From positions 348,808-412,807 of the forward strand of contig JAHDOV010000004.1 of the NCBI GenBank assembly GCA_018434685.1: a stretch of 64,000 nt of DNA, written 5' to 3'. Position 1 is the stretch's first letter. Each line of letters begins with the position of its first letter. Below the pieces are notes generated by a model. The model made no database searches, was not told the DNA's origin, and worked only from the letters and a program-made list of their open reading frames with translations. Made by a program: the position numbers and the translations under genes. Positions 40,946-52,197 of this stretch are shown here, in pieces. The stretch is from Deltaproteobacteria bacterium (lineage in GTDB: Bacteria; Desulfobacterota; Desulfomonilia; UBA1062).

Positions 40946-41611
40946 TCAGGGATAGATCCTCTCTCCGAAGATCATGGTGCCGATCCGCACCATGGTTGCC
41001 CCCTCTTCGACGGCGATGAGGTAGGAGTCGCTCATTCCCATGGACAGGTGTTTCATGTCGACATGGGGAATTCTCTCAGCCCTGATTCCGTCGAACAGGG
41101 CCTTGGTATTCCTGAAATAGGGCCTGAGGCCCGCGGGGTCGTCCAGGAACGGACCCATGGTCATCAAGCCCTCAATGGCGATGTGCGGCAGCAGGGAGAT
41201 CCTCTCGATGAGGGCCTTCACGTCCCCGGGCATGACGCCTGCCTTCTGCGGCTCTTGACCGCTGTTGACCTCGATGAGGATGGGCATGACCTTGCCGTGT
41301 TTTTCTGCCTGCTTGTCGATGATCTCGGCAAGTTCCACCGAGTCGACGGTCTCGATCATATCGAAGAGCGGGACGACCTGTTTCACCTTGTTTTTCTGTA
41401 TGTGGCCGATGAAGTGCCAGGTGGCCCTGCTGCCAATCTCCTCGATGACCTCCCTCGACTCCTGGAGGTAGTTCTCACCGACAGCGCTGATCCCGGCATC
41501 CAGCGCCTCGAGGATCTCGCCCGCGGTGCGGGTCTTGGCAGCAGCGACGACGAGGACTTCCTCCGGTATCGTGGAGAGAATCCTGCGGACATGGTCTGAG
41601 ATCGTACCCAT
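40946..41611 (-). CDS. yggS: YggS-family pyridoxal phosphate homeostasis protein
   Basis: 221 aa. LVVAAAKTRTAGEILEALDAGISAVGENYLQE and HFIGHIQKNK signatures. Confidence 0.85.
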   Translation of the reverse strand: MGTISDHVRRILSTIPEEVLVVAAAKTRTAGEILEALDAGISAVGENYLQESREVIEEIGSRATWHFIGHIQKNKVKQVVPLFDMIETVDSVELAEIIDKQAEKHGKVMPILIEVNSGQEPQKAGVMPGDVKALIERISLLPHIAIEGLMTMGPFLDDPAGLRPYFRNTKALFDGIRAERIPHVDMKHLSMGMSDSYLIAVEEGATMVRIGTMIFGERIYP

Positions 41612-41776
41612 GGCGTTATTCTTAATATATTGCCTGGTTTGTCAATACACAATCTCACCCAAACCATGCACCCGGAAAGAAGACGAGCAGCGGGAAGAAT
41701 CCGGCTTCGCACCACAGCGTGCGCTGGCCATAAAAAAGGCTCGTCTTGTCGGGAAAAATGTGTATAGGATTGAGCC

Positions 41777-42436
41777 ATGAACAAGGTCCTGGCGATCGTG
41801 TGTGCGTGCGCGGCATTCAGTATCTTTTCTCCTGCCCGGGAGTTCACGGGGCTTCAGCAGTTCGTCGATCCCGGGGAGCTTGTCTCAGGGAAGGTCCAGG
41901 TCTTTGATTATGACGCCGGGAAAAACCGCACATACCGGGTCGGTGCCGTACGGATCGATGCCGCCCCGGCCGTAGTCCGGGGCCTGCTTGAAGACCTGGA
42001 GAACCTGGGCAGATCGTTGCCCCATATCGAGTATTACCTCATCAGGCACCGGGTCACGGGCGCACAGGGCAGTGCGAAGGGGGAGATCCTTGTGGAGGGA
42101 CGGTTTAGCCTGAGCGATTTCCCCGCGCAGTATACCATTGCCCTGGAATCTGATTGGGGGAACCTGTGGAGAAAATGGCGGATCCTGACCCCTGATGAGG
42201 TGGAATCCTACAACAGAAAAGGCATCCATGTCTTGCCCACCAGCGGTCTGATCAGAAACCTGGAGGGATTCGAGTACCTTCAATCCGTTGACGGGGGGGC
42301 AAAGACCGTTTACTACTATGCCCTGAACCTGACGAGCACCATACCGCTGCCGGAATCCGTCACGAGAACCATTGAGCGTGCCGTGTTTGTGGAGCGATTG
42401 TCCCTGATCAAAAAAATGGCGGAATCAGGCCACTGA
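41777..42436 (+). CDS. secreted hypothetical protein
   Basis: Signal peptide MNKVLAIVCACAAFSIFSPA. No recognisable catalytic motif. Confidence 0.45.
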   Translation: MNKVLAIVCACAAFSIFSPAREFTGLQQFVDPGELVSGKVQVFDYDAGKNRTYRVGAVRIDAAPAVVRGLLEDLENLGRSLPHIEYYLIRHRVTGAQGSAKGEILVEGRFSLSDFPAQYTIALESDWGNLWRKWRILTPDEVESYNRKGIHVLPTSGLIRNLEGFEYLQSVDGGAKTVYYYALNLTSTIPLPESVTRTIERAVFVERLSLIKKMAESGH

Positions 42437-42499
42437 AATCCGCTGTGTCCCGGGATCGACCCTGCCGCTCATCAAGGGTCAGGCCCCGGTCATGATCCT

Positions 42500-42516
42500 T
42501 TGCCTACAATAGGCAA
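42500..42516 (+). promoter_or_regulatory. perfect palindrome TTGCCTA-CAA-TAGGCAA upstream of the nrpR-like gene / gdhA operon; candidate operator
   Basis: 7-bp perfect inverted repeat with 3-nt spacer in the 340-bp upstream region. Confidence 0.4.
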
Positions 42517-42780
42517 TGAAAGAGGCAGCTGCCGATTCCCATCCTCATGGCCGGTGAATCGTTCGCATGCAGGCCCGCTGTTTTCCGGTCATTCTGAAGA
42601 ACAAGTTGTGGCAATCGGCACGGCAATTTCCCTATCACCTCCTGATGCCGTAAGGGAAACGGGTGCTGAAAACAGGGCGAAGAGAAGAGGGTGAGCGATA
42701 AATTCTGATTGACAGAAACGTGGCGTCCGTGTATGCAGCTACGGAAAACGGTTGCCGATAACCTTCCTATAAGGGATGCT

Positions 42781-43791
42781 ATGTTTGTATATGAAGAGAT
42801 AGAGAGAAAGAGTATCGTTATCCTGCGGATTCTCAATCAGGCAGGGCAACCCCTGGGAGCCCGCCTGATCGCCCGGAAGATGAAGGACTACGGGGTAAAC
42901 CTCAGTGAGCGGGCTGTGCGCTACCATCTCCAGTTCATGGACCAGAAGGGACTGACGGACCTTGTGGGGAGGAGAGACGGCAGGGTCATCACGGAAAAAG
43001 GCATCGAGGAGCTCAGGAATGCACGGGTGCAGGACAAGGTGGGGTATGCGATCTCCCGTATTGAGATCCTCTCGTACAAGACCACCTTCGACATCACCCG
43101 GAAAACAGGCCAGGTACCGGTCAATGTCTCTCTCTTCCCGGCACGGATCTTCCCCGATGCCCTCTCCGCCATGAAGGATGCCTTTGATGAAGGGTTCTGC
43201 GTGAGCGATCTCTGCTGTGTGGCAAGAGAAGGCAGATTTATCGGCGACATGCCTGTTCCGGCCGGATTCGTCGGGTTCGCAACGGTATGCAGCATCATAT
43301 TCAACGGTGTCCTGCTGAAACGTGGTATACCCATGGATTCTCAGTTCGGCGGCATTGTCCAGATGCAGGAGAAAAAGCCCATACGGTTTATCGAGCTCAT
43401 TCACTATTCCGGCACGTCACTCGATCCATCGGAGGCCTTTATCAGCGCGAAGATGACCGCGGTCAGAGACGTTATTTCCGGGGGTGACGGGAAGATCCTG
43501 GCAAACTTCCGCGAGATTGCAGGCATCTGCCGGGAAAGTGTCGGCGAGATCGTGGAGATGCTCGGCAAGGTAGGGATCCGCGGTGTCCTCTCCATGGGCA
43601 AGATGGGTGAGCCTGCCTGCCAGGTGCCGGTGGATGTTAACAAGGTCGGCATGGTGCTGATGGGCGGGCTCAATCCGGTCGCATCGGCCCGTGAGAAGGG
43701 GATCGAAACCGAGAACTTCGCCATGTCCACGGTGATGGACTACATGGATTTAAAGCCATTCTCTGAGATTTATCGTGAGATGAACGGATGA
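42781..43791 (+). CDS. NrpR-like transcriptional regulator (wHTH + NrpR/DUF128 domain)
   Basis: Internal ATG 42781 (MFVYEEIERKSIVILRILNQAGQPLGARLIARKMKDYGVNLSERAVRYHLQFMDQKGLTDLVGRRDGRVITEKGIEEL) matches the NrpR N-terminal wHTH pattern, followed by a DUF128-like body. Located 38 nt upstream of gdhA. Confidence 0.55.
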   Translation: MFVYEEIERKSIVILRILNQAGQPLGARLIARKMKDYGVNLSERAVRYHLQFMDQKGLTDLVGRRDGRVITEKGIEELRNARVQDKVGYAISRIEILSYKTTFDITRKTGQVPVNVSLFPARIFPDALSAMKDAFDEGFCVSDLCCVAREGRFIGDMPVPAGFVGFATVCSIIFNGVLLKRGIPMDSQFGGIVQMQEKKPIRFIELIHYSGTSLDPSEAFISAKMTAVRDVISGGDGKILANFREIAGICRESVGEIVEMLGKVGIRGVLSMGKMGEPACQVPVDVNKVGMVLMGGLNPVASAREKGIETENFAMSTVMDYMDLKPFSEIYREMNG

Positions 43792-43817
43792 GCACAATAA
43801 CAACGATGATAAACTAG

Positions 43818-45167
<1,350 letters not shown>

Positions 45168-45203
45168 CCCCCTATAGTTCAGGGACGCAACACAACCGAT
45201 ATG

Positions 45204-45240
45204 CCCGGCCCCTCACGGACATCGAGGGGCCGGGTTTTCT
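45204..45240 (+). terminator. rho-independent terminator after gdhA
   Basis: CCCGGCCCCTC-acggacatc-GAGGGGCCGGG followed by TTTTCT. Confidence 0.7.
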
Positions 45241-45364
45241 CCGTCTACTGCGGGGACAGCAGCGAGTCCCACGGCTCCGGGACCCTTGCCGGATACCCTG
45301 CCCCGGTTCATGTGAGACCGCCGATGGCGGCACCGCCGTGTCCTGCCTATAAAGGAAGCCTCGA

Positions 45365-47727
45365 TCAATGATCGAGTTCGATCCTCGTCCTGCTGATGAT
45401 CTCCTGTTTCACCGTATCGGGGAGTTCATCGAAGTACGCACAGTACCCGGCCACCCGCACGACTATGCCGGGGTGCTTCCCGGGGTGCGCCCGTGCGTCG
45501 GCAAGCACCTCCGGATCAACGACATTGAGCTGCATCTCCATACCGCCCGATGCAAAGAACCCCTCGGTGAGCGCGGTCATGATTTGGAGACCCTTGGGCC
45601 CGGCAAGGGTTCCGGCATCGAAACGGAGGTTGAGCGCATACCCGTTGGCTGCCAGGGAGGAGTCCACCCGGGCCACGGAGTTCAGCAGGGCCGTGGGTCC
45701 TTGGCGGTCCACCCCGTTGCAGCACCCGAGCGATGCGGCCAGGGGCTCGTTGCTCCTCCTTCCACTCGGCAATGCCCCGGTGCGTTTGCCGAATCCCACG
45801 TGGGTCGACGATGAGTAGAATCCCGGGATGTAGGGTCCGCCCCTGGTGTTCGTGTACTTTGCCAGGGCGTCATGGAAGATGTGCGCAGTCAGGTCTGCAT
45901 ACCGGTCAGGAAGATCCTGATCATTGCCAAACTTGGGGGCTGCCCTGAGCTCTGCTCTGAGCATGTCCGCCCCGGTAAAGTCGTTCATCATGGCAGCGAT
46001 CACCTCGGGGAGGCTGTAGGACTGTTTTCTGAAGACAACCTCGTCGATGGCGGCAAGGGAATCGGCCACATCGGCCACGCCCACGCCCTGGATGCCGCTC
46101 GAGTTATACTGCGCCCCTCCGGCTGTCACGTCGCGGCCACTTTCCAGGCACCCTTGACCAGCATGGAGGAAAAAGGCGTGGGATGGAAGTCGCGGTTTGC
46201 CTTCTCGATAATCCGGATGTCCGTGATCAGGCGGCTCACCAGGTGATCCACCTGTGCCCTGAAGGCCTCGATGACATCGTCCATGGTCCTCAAGAGAGAC
46301 GGATCAGGGGTTTTGGCCCCGATCCCGAGCCTTTTGCCAGGTCTTCTGCCCCGATTCAGGGCAAGAATCAGGCACATGGGCAGATTGATCAGTGCCGCAT
46401 CGGTGGAGCAGAAGCTTCTGCCCGGCATGGTTGGCTCCACGCACCCCACCACCCCGTAATCGCGGGCCTCTTCGATGGTGTATCCATGGGCCGTGAGCGC
46501 GGCAATGGTGGCCTCATCATTGAACAGTCCCGGCACGGCGTTCCCTTTGCAGGCCACCTCCACGGCGCGCTTCACGTACTGCTCGGGTGAGACGTGGCTG
46601 ATCCGGGCCATGTAGTTGGGGTCGCGCAGGCCTGCCAGCTCCATGACGTCGAGGAACAACCAGGTCAGGTCGTTGACCGCATCGTTGCCCTTGCTGTTCA
46701 CGCCTCCCACCGTGGCTGCCTGGGCTACCAGGTACCCGCCGTGGTACTCGCTTACCCTGCTGGAGAGCAGGAACATGTGCTCGGTGGTCTTGGCTGAGAA
46801 GCACAGGAGCAGCTCCAGTGCCCTGTCCCTGCCAATTCTTCCGGCCTCCATGTCAGCTTTGTAGAAAGGATAGAGGTACTGGTCGATCCTGCCGAAGGAT
46901 ATGGCTGAATTCAGCCCCTCGAGGCAGACCGCCATGTGGGTGAGCCACAGCGACTGAAGGGCCTCCTGCAGTGTTTCTGCAGGTTCCAGGGGAACCTTTG
47001 CGCAGATGCGCGCGATTTCAAGGAGCTCCTGCTTCCGCACCGGGTCGCTCTCGCCGGCGGCGAGCCGACGTGCCTCGCCGGAGAGTCTGCCCGCGTAGGC
47101 GGCAAGGCCCTCGCAGGCGATGAGCGCGGCCGCGTGGAGGTCGCTTCCCTTCTCGTCGATCGTCTCCATGTAACCCTTGATGCCCTGTGTGATCATCCGG
47201 TCGTAGCCGGGCAGGAAGTGGCCGATGCCGCCGCTCTCATTGATGAGGTAGGATGAGGCATCCAGCTGCTTCAGCACGTAGCGGCCCAGCTTCGGGTTGT
47301 ACCATCCGAAGGCCCGGGACACCATGTTCCGGGTGAGCCAGTAGGGCAGCACCTTCACGAGGAGTGTCAGCTTGTCCCGCCAGGGTACGGGGTAGGGGTT
47401 GGTTTTCCTCCTGTCCATCCACAGGAGCTCCTCGCTCATGACCGCGCCGGCGAGTTCGGGCTGGATAATGGCTGACTTTCTCTTGCTTCCGACATTTCCG
47501 ACAATGAGTTCATCATCAAATATGGTAGCGGACTTGTTCTGCAGCAGATAGTTCAGTGCCCTGGCCTTGCGGATCACCATGGGCTCTTTCTTGTTGTCGT
47601 GTTTTTTGAAGAATTCGGTGACGAGTTCTGCCCGCTCGGTGCAGAGCATGACCGGGTTCGACAACAGTTCGTTTTTGATCCGGCTGAACCGTGCAGGTGT
47701 CTCTGACGATACCGCCATGTCTCTCAT
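45365..47727 (-). pseudogene. glycyl radical enzyme, PFL2 family (GRE-2), interrupted by an apparent 1-nt deletion in a G-run near 46150 (possible pseudogene or sequencing error)
   Basis: The N-terminal ORF 46126-47727 ends ...TPFSSMLVKGAWKVAAT*. The alternate frame over the same bases reads GCLESGRDVTAGGAQYN, a conserved GRE motif, and continues into ORF 45365-46129, which carries the glycyl radical motif RVAGY. A Cys-loop GCVE is present. Confidence 0.7.
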
Positions 47728-47749
47728 GGGTTTTTCTCCTGTTTCACCA

Positions 47750-48610
47750 TCATGGCTGCGCCGGGAAATTCACCACGGGCGTCAGGGCCTCTTCGGGGTA
47801 AATCTGGCCGTGCAACGGCGGCATGGAATTGTAGACCCAGTCGATGTCCACCGTGCCCAGAGAGGCACCTCTGCACTTCTCAATCCCGTTAAAGGTCCCG
47901 CGCACCAGGACATCTTCCATGTCCATGGTCAGGCCGAAGACGGCAACCCTGCTTCCGGGAGCGATTCTGAGGAGCTCCTCTTTATAGGCAAGGGGTGAAA
48001 AAGCAAGCCTCCTGCTGTCGGCGGCCTGACACTGAATGAGCGGAATGAGCGCAGGGAATCCGTCATGATCGATATATGAGATGAAGACGATGGCATCGAG
48101 CCTGTTGAACAGGCCCTGTGCCCAGGGTTTCAGGATGCGGTCTTTCACCCCTGTTCTGGCACCTGATTTAACCGCCATAGTAACGAGCGAAGAGAGGATT
48201 ATTCTTGCCAGGGGAAGGGATTCCCTGCCGTAGGTTTCCTTGAGGTCCATATAGTGCACGGTATGGATACCTAGGTAGGCGTTGTAGCGGAACATGGGTT
48301 TGGTATTGAACATCTCATAGTCCGCGCCGTGCTTTACTTCATGTGTCCAGACGGCCTTGCCTCGCCACAGGCTCCTGTCCATGGTCATGATGAGAAATGC
48401 CGTCTTCGGGTTTTTTTTGACATGCTCCTTGCTCTTCCCATTGGAGAACTGACCCCAGATGATCTGTTCCGGTGATTTTGCCTGCAGTGCGGTGATGAGC
48501 GTGACGTGCGGCTGGCCCTCGGGATTGATCGTTGCGATGAGCCCCACCTTTGCCTCGGGCTCGAATTCCGGCATATCCTTTTCATCAAAGGCAGTAAATA
48601 TTTTATTCAT
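47750..48610 (-). CDS. tandem pyridoxamine-5'-phosphate-oxidase-like (FMN-binding split barrel) protein
   Basis: Start MNKIF with GGAGGG RBS. Its ATG overlaps the activase stop (ATGA). Two PNPOx-like halves (KVGLIATINPEGQPHVTLITAL; AIVFISYIDHDGFPALIPLIQ). Confidence 0.55.
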   Translation of the reverse strand: MNKIFTAFDEKDMPEFEPEAKVGLIATINPEGQPHVTLITALQAKSPEQIIWGQFSNGKSKEHVKKNPKTAFLIMTMDRSLWRGKAVWTHEVKHGADYEMFNTKPMFRYNAYLGIHTVHYMDLKETYGRESLPLARIILSSLVTMAVKSGARTGVKDRILKPWAQGLFNRLDAIVFISYIDHDGFPALIPLIQCQAADSRRLAFSPLAYKEELLRIAPGSRVAVFGLTMDMEDVLVRGTFNGIEKCRGASLGTVDIDWVYNSMPPLHGQIYPEEALTPVVNFPAQP

Positions 48611-49665
48611 GAACTTCCCTCCTCTGTACAAACTCCACCATTGACCAGTCCAGCAGATGGCGAACCCTCGTCCTGACCTGCCGGGATCCCCGTAGGACCG
48701 CTTGTCTGAACAATTGACGGGTCAACGCCCGAACCTCTGGCAATATCAGCAAAATATTCCAGCTCCTGCTTGCTCATGAGTTTGAAATCCCTGCATGCCC
48801 AGTGCAGGCCGAGCCCGTCATACTTGTGCGTGCACAGATTGTTGAACGAGCAGAGCTCCCAGTGAGAGACACTATCGCCGAGCTTGTCAGCGATAAACTC
48901 TCCGATACCCAGGATATTGTCTTGTGTCGCGGTATGCCCAGGGATGATGGGGGTGCGGACCCAGAGCTGTGCCGGTCTGGCGCACGTCTTCATTGTCTCT
49001 GCAACAAAGACGAGATTGTTCAGGATCCGCTCATTGGTTGCCCCGGTAAAGCGCCTGTGCCTTTCCGGGTCGATCTCTTTGATATCGTACAGGACCAGAT
49101 CCGCATGTTCGATAACCTTGGCCAGATTCTTCTGCGGGCATTGGCCGCAGGTATCGAGCGCCGTGTGGATTCCTCGCTCCCTGAGTTCTCTGAGGAATGC
49201 AGCGGCAAACGGCGCCTGCATGGTGGGTTCTCCCCCGGAGATCGTGATACCGCCACGGGATTTTTCAAAATAAATCCTGTCCTTGAGCACTTCCGAGACC
49301 AGCTCGTCGAGAGCCCATTCCTGGCCAAGCGCCTCGAGGGCAGTGGAGGGGCAGGCGTTTGTGCACGAAAGACAACCGGTGCAGAGGCTGCGGTCGATCT
49401 GCACGCCGTCGGGCGTGAGGGAAAGCGCTCCCTGTTCACAGGTGTCCAGGCATGTCCTGCAGCCGATGCACCTGCTCTTTACCCAGTGGACCTGCGGGTG
49501 TGGTGATATGCTCTCAGGGTTGTGGCACCAGGTGCACTGTAAGGGACAGCCCTTGAAAAAGACCGTGCTCCTGATCCCGGGACCGTCCTCGGTGGAAAGC
49601 CTCTGAATCCTCAAGATGAGGGCCTTTGCGGCTTCAGCTGTTGTCGAGTCATTCATGAGAGGCAT
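48607..49665 (-). CDS. glycyl-radical enzyme activating protein (radical SAM with extra ferredoxin-like clusters)
   Basis: CxxxCxxC radical-SAM motif (CPLQCTWCHN) plus two additional Cys clusters (CIGCRTCLDTC; CTGCLSCTNACP) typical of PFL2-type activases. Confidence 0.85.
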   Translation of the reverse strand: MPLMNDSTTAEAAKALILRIQRLSTEDGPGIRSTVFFKGCPLQCTWCHNPESISPHPQVHWVKSRCIGCRTCLDTCEQGALSLTPDGVQIDRSLCTGCLSCTNACPSTALEALGQEWALDELVSEVLKDRIYFEKSRGGITISGGEPTMQAPFAAAFLRELRERGIHTALDTCGQCPQKNLAKVIEHADLVLYDIKEIDPERHRRFTGATNERILNNLVFVAETMKTCARPAQLWVRTPIIPGHTATQDNILGIGEFIADKLGDSVSHWELCSFNNLCTHKYDGLGLHWACRDFKLMSKQELEYFADIARGSGVDPSIVQTSGPTGIPAGQDEGSPSAGLVNGGVCTEEGSS

Positions 49666-49668
49666 CCT

Positions 49669-52185
49669 TTAGAGGCCTTCGTGGCTGATCCGGGCAATAA
49701 CCTCGTCCTGGAGTTCCTTGCCGATGCTCGTGAAGTAGGCGTTGTACCCGGTTATCCTCACCAGCAGGGACGGGTAGTTCTCGGGATTCTTCTGTGCGTC
49801 GCGCAGCATGTCGGCGTCGACCATGTTTATCTGGAGCGACGACCCGCCGTTTTCTATGCAGCCCTTTAAGAAGGCCTTGAATTTATCCCGGTGCTTTTCG
49901 TCTCTCAGGAGCGAGGGGCTGATGGTGATGGTGTGGCTCGCACCGTTGGGCAGACAGCTGCAGTACCCGTTCCAGTCGCCGCTTCCGTCTGGCAGCCTTC
50001 CGCCAAAGGCCTTGCCCACTGAATTCATATTCGCCGTGGGGCCGTTGATGTCTGCGCCGTTCGAGGGACAGATGGCATTCGAGAGGAACTGCCCCTTGGG
50101 CCTGCCATTGGGGCTTGCCGGAAGGATAAAGCCGTCGCCCACCCAGTAGTTCCAGCTGAGCATGCCCGGCCTGAACTGGCGCTTGGTGCTGGCGGTTGTA
50201 TGCCTCCAGGTCTCATTGCACCAGAGGTCCATAACTTTTCGGGCCATGTCGTCTGCGACATCATCGTCGCGCCCGTATTTCGGTGCCTTGAACCTGGCCT
50301 TGGCCTGGAGCACCTCGTTGTCCTGCCAGTTTGCCCTGAGTGCATCGATGAGCTCGGCCATGGTGCACTCGTGATTGTCGAAGACCAGGTATTTGATGGA
50401 GAGGAGGGAATCCACGGTAGTGGCAAAGGTGACTGCCTCCAGCGTGGTAAAGTTCAGCTCCGCCCCGCCCTGGGTGATGTCGATCCCCTTTTGAGCACAC
50501 CCCCTGATCAGGCAGGAGAGGTACGGGGTGGGGCAGAACCTGGCACGGATGGACTCTGATTTCTCATAGAGGTCGACGCACCGTTTGATGATGGCCCTGG
50601 TCTGCTGCGCATATGCCTCCCAGAACTCCTGCCAGGCAGCAAACGTTGCCGCATCCCCGGTGTTTGGTCCGTCCTGTTTTATCTTGTCCCTCTTGCCGGT
50701 TATAGGGTCAACGAATTCAAGCAGGTCCCTGCCCCCGGTGAGCGCAAGTTCCACGGCCTTGAACAGGTTGAGGTTGTTGTCCACGGTCCCGGACCTGTCA
50801 TTGCCCACCATGGTGTTCTCCAGGCAGCCCACCGGCGCATAGTCGTGCACGTTGTCCTCGTTGATGAGCTCTTCAACCCCGGCCCTTTTCGCCTCGTGCA
50901 TCATGCCGGCAATGGAGCGTTCGTCAAAGTTCAGGAGGAAGGGTGATCCCTGGCTGGATGAGATCATGTCCACAACCGTATCCAAAAGTTTTTCAGGAGA
51001 ACCCTGGTGAAGCCGGACATTGGGTTTGGGCTCCAGGATGGGCGACATCTCGTCGATCACCTCCAGCATGGCATAGGTCAGCTCGTTTGTCATGTCTTTG
51101 CCGAGGGCACCCAGGCCGGAGAGCGTTATGAGCTGGCCGTAGCCGGCGGTGATTCCCTGGTTGCCGGTACGGATCATGGCATCATAGACCGTGTTCGCAT
51201 GCATCCAGAAACACTTCATGAGCTCCTTGCCGAACTCCCGGTCCATGCCTTGACCCAGGGAATATTCCCAATACGGCAGGAGATACTGGTCTATGCGTCC
51301 GAAAGAAACCCCGGGGCCCGGATAGTTCTCGTCGCTCATGATGAGCATGTGAGTCATCCACAGGGCCTGAAGGGCCTCCCAGAATGTTTGAGCCGGCTCC
51401 CAGGGCACCCGTTTCAGGTTCTGTTCCATCTGCGCAAGTTCGCTCTTACGGGCAGGGTCCTTCTCCTTTGCGGCGAGGTCTGCGCACACATCCGCATACT
51501 TTGCGGCGAGCTCTCCCGGCATGGTGGCGGCAGTCATCATGGCCCTGATCTGTGCGCCTTTTGGCCCCCTCTTATCGGAAGTACTCAGGGTTTCATACCG
51601 GGCCCTGAGGTCTTCATAGATCCCCTTCCATCCGATTTTCAAAGCCCGCTCGTATCCCGGGATGATGTGCCCGCTCGTTGCCCCTGAATTGCCGTAGCCA
51701 TGGTCGTGGAACCACTTCATCGAAGCCCTGGCGCCATCTTTCCCGTAGATGAGCCTGTCCCGGGAGCGTGCCTCCTCCCTGGTCCAGCATTTCGATGTCT
51801 GGAGGTTGAAGCGGGCACCTGCGATGAGATCGCCGGGCAGGATCTCCTGGGGCACATGGTTCACCATGACCTCTTTTACAAACCAGGCCTTTCTCTCAGG
51901 CAGGCTCCTGGACCAGAAGTCGTCCGGCAGGGTGAGAGTGCGGGCCGCCTGGTACATGGAAGACCGGAATGTCTGCATGAAGGCATATGTCTCCGGGACG
52001 ATGTAGAAGGTCATCTCGTCGAAGATGACATCCCACGGCGTACCGGTTGTCCATGCGGTGAACTCATTGTTCCACACCCGCTTCGAGCCCAGGAAGTAGT
52101 AGTCGCGCAGGTACTGTATCCTGGGGGAGAGCCCTCTCGGCTCCTTTACCTGGTAACGGGCCTGTGGCGTTGTTGAAACGCTCAT
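49669..52185 (-). CDS. glycyl radical enzyme, PFL2 family (GRE-1), unknown substrate
   Basis: 838 aa. Cys-loop VGCLENT (GCxE eliminase-type), GRE core motifs (SFGRIDQYL; TPYLSCLIRGCAQKGIDITQGGA) and glycyl radical motif RITGYNAYF. Confidence 0.8.
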   Translation of the reverse strand: MSVSTTPQARYQVKEPRGLSPRIQYLRDYYFLGSKRVWNNEFTAWTTGTPWDVIFDEMTFYIVPETYAFMQTFRSSMYQAARTLTLPDDFWSRSLPERKAWFVKEVMVNHVPQEILPGDLIAGARFNLQTSKCWTREEARSRDRLIYGKDGARASMKWFHDHGYGNSGATSGHIIPGYERALKIGWKGIYEDLRARYETLSTSDKRGPKGAQIRAMMTAATMPGELAAKYADVCADLAAKEKDPARKSELAQMEQNLKRVPWEPAQTFWEALQALWMTHMLIMSDENYPGPGVSFGRIDQYLLPYWEYSLGQGMDREFGKELMKCFWMHANTVYDAMIRTGNQGITAGYGQLITLSGLGALGKDMTNELTYAMLEVIDEMSPILEPKPNVRLHQGSPEKLLDTVVDMISSSQGSPFLLNFDERSIAGMMHEAKRAGVEELINEDNVHDYAPVGCLENTMVGNDRSGTVDNNLNLFKAVELALTGGRDLLEFVDPITGKRDKIKQDGPNTGDAATFAAWQEFWEAYAQQTRAIIKRCVDLYEKSESIRARFCPTPYLSCLIRGCAQKGIDITQGGAELNFTTLEAVTFATTVDSLLSIKYLVFDNHECTMAELIDALRANWQDNEVLQAKARFKAPKYGRDDDVADDMARKVMDLWCNETWRHTTASTKRQFRPGMLSWNYWVGDGFILPASPNGRPKGQFLSNAICPSNGADINGPTANMNSVGKAFGGRLPDGSGDWNGYCSCLPNGASHTITISPSLLRDEKHRDKFKAFLKGCIENGGSSLQINMVDADMLRDAQKNPENYPSLLVRITGYNAYFTSIGKELQDEVIARISHEGL

Positions 52186-52197
52186 GGTAGCCTCCTG

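Noticed and set aside
42616-42630. Sigma-54-like element cGGCACG-gcaa-TTTC upstream of the nrpR-like gene; similar weak candidates near 17400-17430 and 17620-17640.
   Set aside because: Mismatches in the most conserved positions (TGGCAC / TTGC). No enhancer-binding-protein gene nearby. Could not be distinguished from chance in GC-rich sequence.
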